From a virus (Duplodnaviria > Caudoviricetes), in the IMG/VR virus record IMGVR_UViG_3300027657_000003, positions 1-52,842 of that record: a stretch of 52,842 bases of DNA. One strand, written 5' to 3'. Positions 26,857 to 34,992 of this stretch are shown here, one piece after another. The notes under the pieces were generated by a model. The model was not told the DNA's origin, searched no databases, and saw only the letters and a program-made list of their open reading frames with translations. A program made the position numbers and the translations under genes. The first letter of the stretch is position 1; each line of letters opens with the position of its first letter.

Positions 26857-27167
26857 TATTTCCCCTCGGCCTCCGCCTTGGCCAGTAGCCCCTCATATAT
26901 CGCCAGCTCCTCATCAGACAGCTTGGATAGGTCGTGCTTCGGCGCCTCCACCTCCGAGACCTCCACCGTTTGCACGGGCTTGCCCCAGCCACGGTCAGCC
27001 AGGAATTTGGCCGCCGATATCCGGTCCCTTGTCTCCTCGCTCTCGTTCAGCACCACGCCGAGAGCAAACTCAATAATCATGTCAGGATTCACGAGCTGCC
27101 TCACGCGGCTCGCAAAGCCCTTCGGGCGCCCACCTGGGTTACCAGATTGTCCTTTTTTAAATGCCAT
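26856..27167 (-). CDS. terS: Terminase small subunit (DUF5681-type N-terminus)
   Basis: FKKGQSGNPGGRPKG..DRISAAKFLADRGWGKP..LSKLSDEEL. Confidence 0.9.
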   Translation of the reverse strand: MAFKKGQSGNPGGRPKGFASRVRQLVNPDMIIEFALGVVLNESEETRDRISAAKFLADRGWGKPVQTVEVSEVEAPKHDLSKLSDEELAIYEGLLAKAEAEGK

Positions 27168-27172
27168 TTTCG

Positions 27173-27201
27173 TTGCCTATCTCCTTATTATCGTGCATAA
27201 T
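27173..27201 (+). promoter_or_regulatory. Sigma70-like promoter, leaderless
   Basis: TTGCCT-17 bp-CATAAT-6 bp-ATG(27208). Confidence 0.7.
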
Positions 27202-27207
27202 ATAAAT

Positions 27208-28065
27208 ATGTCGCAAGCTCTTTTGCCACTGACCCCTTTGATGCCAAAGGACGCCGCGATAAGAGCCGAGTGCCGCTCGGCTTCTTTCCGCATCGCATGC
27301 GTCGAGTCCGCCGCGCAGGCCATCGGGAGGCTGTCGGGAGGCTGTCGAATCGTAGGCCTCACCAAAGGCCAGTTCTCGATGCTCGACCTGATTCGCGCGG
27401 TGCTCGCGCAGACGGGTCCCGCCGACCTCGTGCTGAGCACCTGGACGATGGGCATCAGGGACCTGGAGAATGCCCGGTGGCTCATCGACAACGGCGATCT
27501 CCGGTCCTTTCGCCTGCTCACCGACCGCTCGTTCGTGACGCGGCAGGCGTCCTACTGCCAGCGCCTCGTCGCACTGTTCGGCACGGACTGCATCAGGGCC
27601 TCGAATACCCACGCCAAATTTTCGACGCTCCGCAACGAGGCGTGGAGCGTCTGTATCCGGGGGTCGATGAACCTCAACCGCAACGCGCGGTGGGAAAACT
27701 TCGACCTCGACGAGGATGAGACGCTCTGCAACTTCTTCGATGGCCTCGTGACGGAGCTCGAAGCGCTCACTCCGCCCGGGCCAAATCCCAGCGGAGATGT
27801 CGTGGAGGATGTCTTCTCGCAGGCCCTCGAAACCGCAACCTGCGGCGATGTCCGCCTGGCCGAGATGACGCCGCGTGAAAGGTGGGCGCGGCTCGGATAC
27901 TCGCAAGAGCAGATCCGGGAGCGCGAGCAGCGAGCTGGCGACGAGTTCACCCGCGGCCGCGACGCCCTTGAGGACAGCTTTCGCGAGGCCACAATCGCCG
28001 CCGCTCTCTCTGGCGATGAAAAGGCGCGCCGGCTCGTTTCTCGATGGCTCGCAAAAGCCTGCTAA
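27208..28065 (+). CDS. Phospholipase D-family (HxK) nuclease-like protein with C-terminal helical domain
   Basis: THAKF..IRGSMNLNRNARWE single PLD motif; LSTWTM. Confidence 0.85.
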   Translation: MSQALLPLTPLMPKDAAIRAECRSASFRIACVESAAQAIGRLSGGCRIVGLTKGQFSMLDLIRAVLAQTGPADLVLSTWTMGIRDLENARWLIDNGDLRSFRLLTDRSFVTRQASYCQRLVALFGTDCIRASNTHAKFSTLRNEAWSVCIRGSMNLNRNARWENFDLDEDETLCNFFDGLVTELEALTPPGPNPSGDVVEDVFSQALETATCGDVRLAEMTPRERWARLGYSQEQIREREQRAGDEFTRGRDALEDSFREATIAAALSGDEKARRLVSRWLAKAC

Positions 28066-28066
28066 G

Positions 28067-28096
28067 GCCGTGTTTTCAAACGGCTTTTTGTTTTTT
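28067..28096 (+). terminator. Intrinsic terminator of the PLD gene
   Basis: GCCGT-gttttcaa-ACGGC stem followed by TTTTTGTTTTTT, just after the stop. Confidence 0.65.
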
Positions 28097-28187
28097 CGGC
28101 GACTCTTCTTCTGAGAATCGTCGCCATCTGTAAGCTGCCTGCTTGACATGATATTCCGTGTCGTGGTCCCCTCGCGCGCGGTTTCTC

Positions 28188-28868
28188 TCAGGCACTGAGG
28201 CGAAGACGCGCCGTGTACCCAAGTCCGCGGCGTCCCTCGTACCCAATGAGCCCTTTGTCCACGGCTGCCGTGATGGCCCGCCGTACGGTAGATCTGCCGA
28301 CCCCGATGCGCTCGGCCAGCTCACCAAGCGTCGAGCAGAGCAGGATATTCGCGAGCACCACGTGCATGGTCTTCGCTGGCCGGGTCGCGCCGCTGCAAGG
28401 TATCGCGATATGCCCATGTTCCAGGGTCTCTGGTTCAGCTGCACGCATGAAGCGGGCATAGGCGCTCACTTCCCGGCAGGCAGTACGAGACCGCACGCCG
28501 AACTCCCGGGCTATGGCCAGCCAGCCGACGCCTGCTCGATGCCTCTGCCAGGCCTCGCGGCGCCAGGTCGCTGCCATATCGCCGACACGCCTGATTGCCG
28601 TGTATGCTCCGGAGTACGATTTGCCGCGTTGGACGGCAATCACGCTCACAGGCACGCCCCGCTGACGCTCTCGCCACATAGCCATGTGTTCGGCTGCGCA
28701 ACGCGACGGCAGCCCGCTGGTCCGAACGACATCCGCTTCCTCGGCAGCTTGATACACGAAATGGCCGGTGACCCGGGCGATCCTGGCGACCTCGTAGACA
28801 TGCAGGCCAAGGCAGTACAACTGCACGCAGGCCGCGCGCAGCGCATCATGTGACGCAGTTGCCCTCAA
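28188..28868 (-). CDS. Multi-HTH DNA-binding protein (candidate late regulator)
   Basis: Four HTH-like units, e.g. WLAIAREFGVRSRTA and LGELAERIGVGRSTVRRAI; TTG start by overlap. Confidence 0.7.
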   Translation of the reverse strand: MRATASHDALRAACVQLYCLGLHVYEVARIARVTGHFVYQAAEEADVVRTSGLPSRCAAEHMAMWRERQRGVPVSVIAVQRGKSYSGAYTAIRRVGDMAATWRREAWQRHRAGVGWLAIAREFGVRSRTACREVSAYARFMRAAEPETLEHGHIAIPCSGATRPAKTMHVVLANILLCSTLGELAERIGVGRSTVRRAITAAVDKGLIGYEGRRGLGYTARLRLSA

Positions 28869-29266
28869 AACGGGATCACCGCCTCGCCGCACATGGTGCA
28901 CTCACCATCAGTGTCAGCGCCGCAGGCGCACCGGTCGCGTGGCGGCCACACGGCTTCGTCGGGGGCCACCGTCGTTGTTTCCGCCATCCACATCCGCATC
29001 CGTTCGATGTTATCAAGCCATTCCATCCCTTCGACGCTCTTTGGCGCCACACCGGCGGCAACGGCGCGCCTCGCAATCGCCCACCTATGAAGCGGGTCAC
29101 CCAGCAAAGGCGCCCACCGGCTTGGGTCTCCGCGACGCGTGGTGCACAGCATCCGCAGCCACCGGCGCCAGTCCCAATACAGCATTGGTCTGGCATCGCC
29201 GCGGGCAATACTTCTCTGCATCCGTTCAAACAACGGCCAAAACTCTGCCTGCCATGTTTCGAGCAT
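28865..29266 (-). CDS. Hypothetical protein with Zn ribbon and IPF C-terminus
   Basis: CACGADTDGECTMCGEAVIPF; TGATG coupling. Confidence 0.6.
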   Translation of the reverse strand: MLETWQAEFWPLFERMQRSIARGDARPMLYWDWRRWLRMLCTTRRGDPSRWAPLLGDPLHRWAIARRAVAAGVAPKSVEGMEWLDNIERMRMWMAETTTVAPDEAVWPPRDRCACGADTDGECTMCGEAVIPF

Positions 29267-29421
29267 CACTGCTGCTCCTGTTTGCGCATCAAACCCGCCA
29301 TCCGGCGGGCAATGCGCGCCCGGGCCAAATACCACGCGCGCGCCTTCCTGAGCCTGCCCAGGCGCTTGGCCACGCGTTCGTCAAGGTCCGCGGCCGCTGT
29401 CCACCACTCGCTCGCCGTCAT
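29266..29421 (-). CDS. Small basic hypothetical protein
   Basis: Coupled by overlaps on both sides. Confidence 0.5.
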   Translation of the reverse strand: MTASEWWTAAADLDERVAKRLGRLRKARAWYLARARIARRMAGLMRKQEQQ

Positions 29422-30170
29422 TGCTTCGCCCTCAGATTCGCGTCCGCTGTGCCGCGGACGACGCACCGCTTGCTCCAGCGGTCGCGCAGCCGCTCGTCGC
29501 CGAGATAGCCGGAAAACTGAGCCGGCACCAGGTTGCTGGTCATCAGCGTGGCCCGGCGGTGCTTCCAGCGCACCTCGATGAGATCCTGGACGGCGCCGGC
29601 CAGTGCAGTGACCTGAATGGCCGCATACTTGCCGTCTTTTTGCTTGATCTGTTGCTCAATCTGCTGCCCGTCCTTCCAGCCAACATCATCGAGCACCAGC
29701 GCATCAGCGTTCGCCAGCGCCTCCCAGCGGGCCTGATGGGTCACCGTGCCCATGGCCAGCCCAGCAACCTCGCGAGAGTCAACCCAGCGGCGCACAGGAG
29801 CGCTCTGGGGCAGGTGGAAGGTCATCAGCCACCGGGCAGCCGCCGTAGACTTCCCGGAGCCCAGGCCGCCGCACAACAAACCCCAGAGCACCCCGTCGCG
29901 GCGCATCTCCTCGACCGCCTGCAGCGCTGCCCGTGGCTCGAGCTGGCCCAGGGCCGCCTCGCTGTACTCGCGAGGTATGCCGGCCCGGTCGGCAATAGCC
30001 AGCCGTCGCCGCAATACCTGGTCGTCGCCGTCGCGCTGATCGCGCGCATGGTCCGGCTGGCAGCGCGAGAGCGCTCGCTCACCTACCGCAGCAAGCTCGG
30101 CCGCATCGGCGCCATGCCGGCGCACGATGTCGGCCACAAGGTCACCCGCTCTTTGTGTCATTTTTGACAT
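29418..30170 (-). CDS. DnaC/IstB-like AAA+ helicase loader
   Basis: GGLGSGKS, LVLDDVG, TLMTSNL, DERLRDR; follows the initiator. Confidence 0.9.
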   Translation of the reverse strand: MSKMTQRAGDLVADIVRRHGADAAELAAVGERALSRCQPDHARDQRDGDDQVLRRRLAIADRAGIPREYSEAALGQLEPRAALQAVEEMRRDGVLWGLLCGGLGSGKSTAAARWLMTFHLPQSAPVRRWVDSREVAGLAMGTVTHQARWEALANADALVLDDVGWKDGQQIEQQIKQKDGKYAAIQVTALAGAVQDLIEVRWKHRRATLMTSNLVPAQFSGYLGDERLRDRWSKRCVVRGTADANLRAKQ

Positions 30171-31455
30171 ATGGCAAAAACTCCTCCGGGCTTGCCGGCG
30201 GCATGCTGTGCAGTTGAGGCCCACGGCCACCTCGACCGCGATGTTTTTGGCGCTGGCGACGGCGCGCATCCTCTGGCGTTTGCGCGAGCGCTCGCACGAT
30301 CTGCTCCCGCTTCCAGTTCGTCCGGCCGTTGAAATAGTCCAGCGGAAGCTCTCCGGATTCCTTGCGCGCCTCGGCCTCGGCCGCGAACACATCAAGAGCG
30401 CGAACCAGGTCGGCCGGCGCGATATCTTTCTGCAGCTTGGCGAGCTCGTCGAGATAGCCGCCGGGGTGATCGAGCAGGGGGACAGCCGGGCAATCTGGCA
30501 CCACGCGCCGACGCTGTTCGTGCTGGTATTCCCAGAGAGCCCGGCCATTGGCGCGGCGCTGGAGCACCGTCTCGGAACCTCGCAGCGGTGAGGTCATCGC
30601 CTGCAATTCCGCGATGGTAGGCACTCCAGGTTCCCGGGTCCCGGTTCCCGTCACGGGTTCCGGTCCTGGGTTCCGGTCCTGGGTTCCCGGTTCCGGAACC
30701 GACGGGTTCCCGCCACGGTTCCCGTCCGGAACCCTGGGAACTACAGCGTCAGAGAGCGTGGGCTGAGAACGGTGGGGATCTTGGCTCTCTCTCTCGTTCT
30801 TGGCTTCCGGAGCAGGAGAAGGAGAGAGAGAAAGAGATCGCGCCAGCCCGCGCGAGGAACTCTCACGGGAACCGCGAGTTCCCGGCTGGGTTCCGTGTTC
30901 CGGAACCGGTGGGTTCCCGCCACGGTTCCCGTCCGGAACCGTGGGAACCGTGAGCCGCAAATACCCGTCTTGCTCAACGGCAGTGCCATCCTGCAGGAGC
31001 TGGCGCACGGCCGCGTACACGGCGGCCTTGCGCGCACGCAGCGCCTTGACGAGGTCTTTTCGTTTCCGCGGGCCATTGGCGAGCTCGGCCAGCATACCAC
31101 GACGCACCCTGTCCTCGACAGGAGCGGCCGCAGCCTCGTCGCTGTCGTCGTCGTCGTTTTTCCAGTCCGTTCGTTTCCTGCAGCCGCGAATCTGTATGGC
31201 GCCGCCTTCGATCTCGTCGCCAAGCTCGCTGTCAACGATCGCCCGTTTCGCCTTTTCCGCCGACAGGTCCCATAGGTCCTCAAGGTACAGGATAGCGATT
31301 TCGTCGGTCCGCCACTCCGTGCACCAATGCCACACAGCAATCATGCGCTCCAAACCAACGGCGTGGGCCCACTTTCGTGGCGCGCCCAGCAGGCGGCCCA
31401 GGCGCGTAAATCGCGGGTCAAGCAGCGCTTTGGTTTCAACGTTTACTCTCGCCAT
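30142..31455 (-). CDS. Replication initiator protein
   Basis: N-terminal wHTH-like regions, low-complexity iteron-encoded linker, upstream of the loader. Confidence 0.8.
   Translation of the reverse strand: MARVNVETKALLDPRFTRLGRLLGAPRKWAHAVGLERMIAVWHWCTEWRTDEIAILYLEDLWDLSAEKAKRAIVDSELGDEIEGGAIQIRGCRKRTDWKNDDDDSDEAAAAPVEDRVRRGMLAELANGPRKRKDLVKALRARKAAVYAAVRQLLQDGTAVEQDGYLRLTVPTVPDGNRGGNPPVPEHGTQPGTRGSRESSSRGLARSLSLSPSPAPEAKNERESQDPHRSQPTLSDAVVPRVPDGNRGGNPSVPEPGTQDRNPGPEPVTGTGTREPGVPTIAELQAMTSPLRGSETVLQRRANGRALWEYQHEQRRRVVPDCPAVPLLDHPGGYLDELAKLQKDIAPADLVRALDVFAAEAEARKESGELPLDYFNGRTNWKREQIVRALAQTPEDARRRQRQKHRGRGGRGPQLHSMPPASPEEFLPYVKNDTKSG
30628..30950. repeat. Iteron cluster / candidate replication origin
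   Basis: Many GGTTCC(C)G / GGAACC units; ~51-bp direct repeat at 30691-30741 and 30898-30948 flanking CT- and GA-tracts. Confidence 0.75.
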
Positions 31456-31467
31456 TGGCCCTCGCTT

Positions 31468-32175
31468 TCAATCGAACAGAGACGCCTCGTGTGTCCACCG
31501 CACATCGCCGCCCATACGCGCCCGCGTCGGGCCCACGGCCACGGGCGCGGCCTCGATGACATCGCCGCGGTCATTCAGCAGGATGGCGACATGAGACTGG
31601 GCCGGCCGCTGGCTCCCGTCCGGGGTGACCGGCCGGCCCTTCTGATCCCGAAACGTAAAAACCAGATCACCGGGAACGAAGCCGGCCATAGAGTACGCCG
31701 CCCGCCCGGCCTTCGCCAGCTGGGCATATTGCCGCCACGCCCCGTCGACCAGCGGCCGCCCATCGATGAGGACGCCCAGCATTCGGCAACAGGCCTCCAC
31801 CAGCTCCGAGCAGTCCCACGCCCGCACCGGGCGCAGGGCCGCCGCCGCCTCGCCCCAGGTGAGCAGACGGCACGGCAGCGACTTGATCGGCTCCGCGCCA
31901 AAGACATAGCGACGCCCGGCCGTGGCCGCCAACGACAGCGCGATCAGCGACTCCGGGTCGCCCGCGCGCAGCTCGCGCGTCGGCAGGGCCGCCTGTGTCT
32001 TCGGTCCCAGCATGCCGTCGACGCGAAGCTCGCCATTGAGCCCTCGAATGGACTGGAACAGTGCCACGGCTTCTTCAAACGAGCGGCCCGGAAACCGCAG
32101 CCACAGATATTCCAGGTCCTGAGCAGTGAGCTCTCCGGCCTGGATACGATCGTTGTTGTAGACCGATGGCGTCAT
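31468..32175 (-). CDS. Endolysin-like: peptidoglycan-binding domain plus NlpC/P60 peptidase
   Basis: FQSIRGL..VDGMLGPKT; YVFGAE..WDCSELV..PGDLVF..SHVAI; SD GAGGAG. Confidence 0.88.
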   Translation of the reverse strand: MTPSVYNNDRIQAGELTAQDLEYLWLRFPGRSFEEAVALFQSIRGLNGELRVDGMLGPKTQAALPTRELRAGDPESLIALSLAATAGRRYVFGAEPIKSLPCRLLTWGEAAAALRPVRAWDCSELVEACCRMLGVLIDGRPLVDGAWRQYAQLAKAGRAAYSMAGFVPGDLVFTFRDQKGRPVTPDGSQRPAQSHVAILLNDRGDVIEAAPVAVGPTRARMGGDVRWTHEASLFD

Positions 32176-32538
32176 CCTGCCCTCTCCTCGGCGGCAGGAG
32201 CCGCCGGCAGCGGCATCCAGTGCGTCGGCATCCAGTGGCACTCGCGGCAACGGCATCCAGTGCGTCAGCTCCAACCGGTGGCCGCTCTGCGAATACCAGC
32301 CGCCAAACACCACTGCAGGCGGGCGCCCGTGCGTTGCGCTCTGCCGCCACCGGGCGATTTTCCATGTCCGGCCAGTCCAGACCATCAACTCGCTACCGTC
32401 CCGCGGCGCATGCTCGATCGCCTGCGGCCGGCGTGCACGGTAAGCGTTCACAGCGCAGGGCGCGCACAGCGGCCGGCCATCGCAATCGAGCATATCCTCG
32501 CCAAGCCACCCGCAGTGCTGGCAGGCCGGCCTATCCAT
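32172..32538 (-). CDS. DUF551-like protein, now reading in frame into the endolysin
   Basis: IEHAPRDGSELMVW..THWMPLP; apparent ancestral stop at 32172-32174 is out of frame. Confidence 0.7.
32205..32266. repeat. 40-bp-period direct repeat of THWMPLP codons
   Basis: CGGCATCCAGTGCGTC at 32211-32226 and 32251-32266, partial copy 32226-32237. Confidence 0.9.
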
Positions 32539-33325
32539 GTGTCACCGCCTCGTCGTAGTAGCCAGCGTGCGGCGCCCACGGCGTCGGCTCGCGATGCTCC
32601 GGCTGTGGCTCTGGAGGCAGGTAGAAACACTGCAGGATCATGTCGCTCCGACCTCCTTCCCACGTCCGGTCGGCACAAAGCTCATCAGCCCATACGCACG
32701 CCGAATATCCGTTTTCGCCATGAGGCGACATCCACGCGCCCTCGCCCTCATATCGCCACGCCACCCCACGCCACGGCGCCGGCCACAGCCGCAGCCGCAT
32801 GCCGCCGTGCCGGCCAGGAATGGGCGCGACGGGGCAACCAGTATCATGATATGCCGCCTTCCAGAAATCGCCGCGTGCGCGACACGTGCACGCCAGCTCG
32901 CGCGGCGATGGGCCGGGGAGCTGGACCGTGACCTCGCAGTCTACCTCAGTCCATCCTCCCGTCGGCCCCCACCAAAGCAACACACCACCGTCGCGGCGCT
33001 CCGCCGCGGTTATCGCGGTTGATCCGCTGCCGTCCGCATGTACGTACAGCATCCCCGGCACCACCTCGCGCGCCGGGATTCGGTAGGGTGGGCGCGCCGG
33101 TTCGGTGCAGGGCCACGCTGCCGCCGTGAGAGCCGGCGTCGTCGGGGCATACTCCCAGTCCGAGAGAAACGAGCAGGCGTAGCCAGGCACACGCTCTGGA
33201 CACCCGCCCTCGGCGGCCAGTCTCCGCACAAACGCCACCCCTTTGTAGGACTGGATCGTCCGGCCAAGAATCAGCCCATTCGCGGGCCGCTTCCACTGCC
33301 ATTCATCTGGTCGTAATTCGCTCAT
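32531..33325 (-). CDS. Hypothetical protein
   Basis: 264-aa ORF tightly packed in the operon. Confidence 0.6.
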   Translation of the reverse strand: MSELRPDEWQWKRPANGLILGRTIQSYKGVAFVRRLAAEGGCPERVPGYACSFLSDWEYAPTTPALTAAAWPCTEPARPPYRIPAREVVPGMLYVHADGSGSTAITAAERRDGGVLLWWGPTGGWTEVDCEVTVQLPGPSPRELACTCRARGDFWKAAYHDTGCPVAPIPGRHGGMRLRLWPAPWRGVAWRYEGEGAWMSPHGENGYSACVWADELCADRTWEGGRSDMILQCFYLPPEPQPEHREPTPWAPHAGYYDEAVTHG

Positions 33326-33379
33326 AGTAACCTCGTGACCGTAATCCGCGCGCCTTCGTGTCCGGCGCTTTCAGGAATC

Positions 33380-34324
33380 TCACCCCGCATCCTCATCGCT
33401 GATCGGAGCCTGCTCTAAGATAACCTCGACATACAGGCCGCTCGGATCGCCATCCAAGAAGTCGCGGGCGTTCTTCCGCATCACCGCAAGGGCAATGAAA
33501 TCCTGCCACGCCCCTTCATCCATGACGAAAGATCTCGTGGCGGCCATAGTGATAAGCTTGTGGCATCCAGCGCACAAGGCGATCAAAAACTCGTTATCAG
33601 GGTCATTTGCTTTCCCAAATACATGATGAGACGAAAGCCCCTTGCTTATATGACGGCGACACAGTTGACACACGCCCTCGGCCAGCCCGATCGTGGTGCT
33701 CCGCTTGCCGCCAAAATACTGGCGGTCGACACGTTCGGCGGCAGAACATGACCGTGTGCAATTCTTCTGTTTCCCGCTCAAAGGGTAAAAGGTTTTACCG
33801 CAGTAAGAGCAGGTTTTTTCGCCAATATCAGAATGCGTGCGAGAATACTCGCCCCATCGTTCGGGGTAATACGTCTGAATCGCCCGCACAAGCGCTTCAA
33901 TATCCATTCCACGCGCGCGGCAAAATTGCCGCAATGACCCATCGAAAATTTCCAAATCGCGAGTCAGTCGCCCAACAGCCTTCTTTGTGAGACCTGCTCC
34001 ACGCGGAACTTTTCGTGCTCGCACCCCGCGATTACCGAAGTTTCCTGCCAGGCCGAGGCGTGAGATTTTACACGCCACAGAGGCATACGAGCGATTCAGT
34101 CTGCGCGCTATTTCTCCTATCGTGCACGTTCCAGCCAAGGTGCGCAGCTCGTCGTACTCCTCTCTTGTCCACGGCGTCCGCGCGAGATCGTGCCCCAATA
34201 ACTTGAGTCGCTCCCATACGGATTGCCCGGTGATTCCAAGTTGTTTTCCTGCCTTCCAAACACTTCCGGTCGCGCGATACGCTGTCACGACTTCGTCGTC
34301 GCCGACTCTTTGTCTCTGTGCCAT
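33380..34324 (-). CDS. HTH plus Zn-finger HNH endonuclease
   Basis: CQLC..SSHHVFGK..NEFLIALCAGCH; N-terminal HTHs; AT-richer than flanks. Confidence 0.85.
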   Translation of the reverse strand: MAQRQRVGDDEVVTAYRATGSVWKAGKQLGITGQSVWERLKLLGHDLARTPWTREEYDELRTLAGTCTIGEIARRLNRSYASVACKISRLGLAGNFGNRGVRARKVPRGAGLTKKAVGRLTRDLEIFDGSLRQFCRARGMDIEALVRAIQTYYPERWGEYSRTHSDIGEKTCSYCGKTFYPLSGKQKNCTRSCSAAERVDRQYFGGKRSTTIGLAEGVCQLCRRHISKGLSSHHVFGKANDPDNEFLIALCAGCHKLITMAATRSFVMDEGAWQDFIALAVMRKNARDFLDGDPSGLYVEVILEQAPISDEDAG

Positions 34325-34434
34325 TCAATATCTCCTTCCGGCATGGACGGCAGCTATTCCTAGGCCACCAAGGCCGCGCTGCCCGCTCTCGGCGAGCAGA
34401 TGGTCGAGCTCCGGGGCGGACATGGGCAGGCTCC

Positions 34435-34992
34435 TCACGCCATCTTCTCCAGCGCGCGCCAGGCGCTCAGGAACCAATCGCGGGCCTGCTCCGGCGGCAA
34501 AAAGCGCACGGTGATATCGGCGACATCTCCGGCTAGGTCCACGCCGCCGGGGTCCTGTTCGTGAGGCTGCTGTGGCCGTGCCTGCACTTGCCTCGCCTCG
34601 GCGCGAAACACGGCCATGTCGGCCCACTTCACGATCTCGTCGTGCTCGTGGGTAATGCGGAATTGAGCCCGCAGCGCCGCGTCAACGCGATCCTCGATTG
34701 CCCGGTATCTGGGCAGCAGCAGCTTGAGCGGACGGGGAATATCCTTGCAGTATGCCTCGGCGCCGTCGTGCAACAGGGCGGCGCGCAGAGCCTCCTTGTT
34801 GCCTGCCATGTCCGCGCGACCGGCGACCACGCCCAGCACATGAACGCTGTGCTCGGCCACCGAGTAGAAGCGCTTGCAGTGGCCGCCATAGCGGCACTCG
34901 TTGCCAAGGGCCGTGGCGATCTCCCATATGCGGAATCCGCCCGGGGCCGTGTAGTCGAAGCGCTCGCCGCTGACAGTCTGTATCCACGTCAC
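34435..34992 (-). CDS. HD-domain nucleotidase (YfdR/YfbR-like)
   Basis: CRYGGH..FYSVAEHSV..LLHDGAEAY..DIPRPLK. Confidence 0.92.
   Translation of the reverse strand: MTWIQTVSGERFDYTAPGGFRIWEIATALGNECRYGGHCKRFYSVAEHSVHVLGVVAGRADMAGNKEALRAALLHDGAEAYCKDIPRPLKLLLPRYRAIEDRVDAALRAQFRITHEHDEIVKWADMAVFRAEARQVQARPQQPHEQDPGGVDLAGDVADITVRFLPPEQARDWFLSAWRALEKMA

Noticed and set aside
26572-27207. N-terminal extension of the PLD ORF to 497 aa
   Set aside because: Overlaps terS and terL antisense; promoter geometry supports a start at 27208
27157-28149. 330-aa minus-strand ORF as a real protein
   Set aside because: Mostly the antisense shadow of the PLD gene; only its first 24 codons are of interest
28143-28172. 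Perfect TTGACA -35 on the plus strand
   Set aside because: No plausible -10 at 16-18 bp
30628-30950. GGTTCC repeats as a CRISPR array
   Set aside because: Irregular spacing, both orientations, inside the initiator gene; iterons explain them
34435-34992. HD protein as DatZ of a Z-genome pathway
   Set aside because: No PurZ or phage DNA polymerase in the window; the YfdR-like context suffices
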